NCBI GenBank assembly: GCA_963787255.1
Contig: CAWBCJ010000001.1
Coordinates: 19,540 to 83,539, forward strand
Source: Methanobacteriota archaeon
GTDB lineage: Archaea > Methanobacteriota > Methanobacteria > Methanobacteriales > Methanobacteriaceae
Direction: 5' to 3'
Length of the DNA: 64,000 nucleotides
In this document: positions 62,349 through 64,000 of the stretch, piece by piece
Position numbering within the stretch: position 1 is the stretch's first letter
How the letters are laid out: each line of letters begins with the position of its first letter
Made by a program: the position numbers and the translations under genes
Notes under the pieces: generated by a model
Seen by the model: only the letters and a program-made list of their open reading frames with translations
The model's database searches: none
Told to the model about the DNA's origin: nothing

Positions 62349-62487
62349 ACAATATTGTGCAAGCACAACAATATTTATGCATATTATTTTCTTAAAACAT
62401 ATGATATAATACAGTTTCATTATCTTTGTACTATTTAAATATTGTCCTTTACAAGCAATATTGTTCCATGATAACAACAAATATTGT
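62349..62487. promoter_or_regulatory. Cluster of five (A)CAATATTG(T)-type palindromes/half-sites in the nikR / CBS-gene divergent intergenic region
   Basis: ACAATATTGT (62349-62358), ACAATATT (62368-62375), AATATTGT (62438-62445), GCAATATTGT (62455-62464), AATATTGT (62480-62487). Confidence 0.4.
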
Positions 62488-62626
62488 TAATAATTTCCAA
62501 TAATAGTAATATATATTATGTTATAAGTATTACTATTAACATTTTTTGAAAAACACTCTAATTCCCACAATAGCAATATAAACTTGAAAAAACAATACTA
62601 TATGTATACCAAAAAGGAGTGATAGA

Positions 62627-63025
62627 ATGGAAGTTAGAGAAGCAATGAATCAAGGCATAATATCAATCAGTCCAGATACCAGCCCGCTTGAAGCATTTGA
62701 AAAAATGTACAAAGAAGGAGTAAGAAGACTATTCGTTATGGATGATGGAAAAGCTGTTGGCGTAATATCCTACCTTGATCTTGTAGGTGTACTAGGAACA
62801 TTAACACCCCGCATTAAAGAATCTGGAGACTTAAAAATCAGTAAAATAATGTCAGAAGATATAATGACTATTGATGCAGGAGATAAAATTCAAGATGCAG
62901 CAAATTTAATGCTAAGAGCTGACATATCAGGCCTACTAGTCTTAGAAAGCGAAAAACCTATAGGAGTAATTACAAAAACCGATATTTGCAGGTTAGTAGC
63001 AGCAGAAATCTTAGTTCCACAATAA
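62627..63025 (+). CDS. CBS-pair domain protein
   Basis: Two CBS motifs: RRLFVMDDGKAVGVISYLDL and SGLLVLESEKPIGVITKTDI. Confidence 0.8.
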   Translation: MEVREAMNQGIISISPDTSPLEAFEKMYKEGVRRLFVMDDGKAVGVISYLDLVGVLGTLTPRIKESGDLKISKIMSEDIMTIDAGDKIQDAANLMLRADISGLLVLESEKPIGVITKTDICRLVAAEILVPQ

Positions 63026-63156
63026 ATACTACCAATAATAATTACAATAATTTATTTAATAAAATTACAAATATTCCGTTATACAAAAATCATTAATTTT
63101 AATTATTTATTACAATTTTTTAAAATAAGCAAAAAAAAATATATCCACATATTAAA

Positions 63157-63230
<74 letters not shown>

Positions 63231-63232
63231 GA

Positions 63233-63306
63233 TGCGGCGTCCGGGATTTGAACCCGGGTCACTGACGTGGCAGGCCAGAGTCTTAACCAGACTGGACTAA
63301 CGCCGC
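63233..63306 (-). tRNA. tRNA-Gly (anticodon GCC)
   Basis: The fold is GCGGCGT-TA-GTCC-AGTCTGGTTA-AGAC-T-CTGGC-CTGCCAC-GTCAG-TGAC-CCGGG-TTCAAAT-CCCGG-ACGCCGC-A. It lies 2 nt from the other tRNA-Gly. Confidence 0.9.
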
Positions 63307-63417
63307 ATACCCCTAATTTTAGGCTCATAGTATATAAACATTTAGGTAAATGGAAATCAAATATCAAATTAAACTTAAAAATATGTTTCTAATTCATACT
63401 ATTATAATTTCATATAT

Positions 63418-64000
63418 TTATATCCACTTTTTCCTTCTAAAGTAAATCAACATGAAAACAGCGAGTATAAACATGACTAATAAAACAATAGGATATGAAA
63501 GAGGATGCTCAATTTCAGGCATAAATCTAAAATTCATCCCATAAAGACCAACAATAAAAGTTAAAGGAACAAAAATAGTTGATATAATTGTTAAAACCCT
63601 TACAATTTCATTTAATCTATTACTGGTACTTGAAAGATAAATATCAAGCATTTCAGAAATTCTATCTCTAAATGATTCCAGTGTTTCAAAAACATGCATT
63701 GAATGATCATAAACGTCACGAATGTAAAAGTTGGTTGATTCCTCAATTAGAGAATAGTCCTTTGATTCAAGGTCGCTTAACATTTCTCGAAGGGGCCAGA
63801 TCGCTTTTCTTAAAGTAATAATGTCTATTTTGATATGATGAATAAGCTGGAGAACATTGGAATTTACATTTTTAATTAATTCTTCTTCTATTAACTCTAT
63901 TCTATCTTCAAGCTCTTCTAAATCTAAGAAATAACTATCAATTACAGTATCAATAAGAGAATATAGCAAATAGTCTGCCCCTCTTTTTCTTATTGGATTG
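63418..64000 (-). CDS. corA: Magnesium/cobalt transporter CorA (partial; the 5' end lies beyond the right edge)
   Basis: GLYGMNFRFMPE (YGMNF signature) with two C-terminal TM helices. The reading frame stays open through 64000 (..GADYLLYSLIDTVIDSYF). Confidence 0.85.
   Translation of the reverse strand, partial: NPIRKRGADYLLYSLIDTVIDSYFLDLEELEDRIELIEEELIKNVNSNVLQLIHHIKIDIITLRKAIWPLREMLSDLESKDYSLIEESTNFYIRDVYDHSMHVFETLESFRDRISEMLDIYLSSTSNRLNEIVRVLTIISTIFVPLTFIVGLYGMNFRFMPEIEHPLSYPIVLLVMFILAVFMLIYFRRKKWI

Overview
AT-rich euryarchaeal chromosome segment, almost certainly from a member of the Methanobacteriales. Supporting genes: a pseudomurein-type operon (ATP-grasp, MraY-like, Mur-ligase-like), methenyl-H4MPT cyclohydrolase (mch), an HMf-type histone, PAN, aMBF1, the COG1900 + NIL-ferredoxin homocysteine pair, NikR, a hydrogenase maturation protease and two tandem tRNA-Gly genes. 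From about 43 kb to 64 kb the window is mostly intact core metabolism and cell-wall genes. From 0 to about 43 kb it is accessory: PAS sensors, kinases and receivers; a small orphan gene block next to a bacterial-type RNase III; an arsenic-resistance island; orphan cbiM plus a PDGLE gene; redox and oxidative-stress genes (rubrerythrin, hemerythrin, Rieske, rubredoxin-TPP fusion); a fumC-sdhB-sdhA block; and a tandem array of cysteine-rich small proteins. Main observations: (1) CC/CGC vicinal-cysteine tails on four consecutive ars-island proteins, including an ArsC paralogue whose nucleophilic Cys is Ser. (2) About nineteen genes disrupted by frame changes, one in-frame stop and internal deletions, concentrated in accessory genes. 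This could be real decay or assembly error. (3) Several non-coding repeat families: a 115-180 bp dispersed repeat in 4 copies, a 29-bp perfect direct repeat, a GAAATC-N3-GATTTC hairpin family including a four-hairpin array, and a pair of promoter + hairpin + CCTCC small-RNA-like units. No CRISPR array, rRNA, transposase or integrase was recognised. All family calls come from reading motifs by eye. No database search was run.
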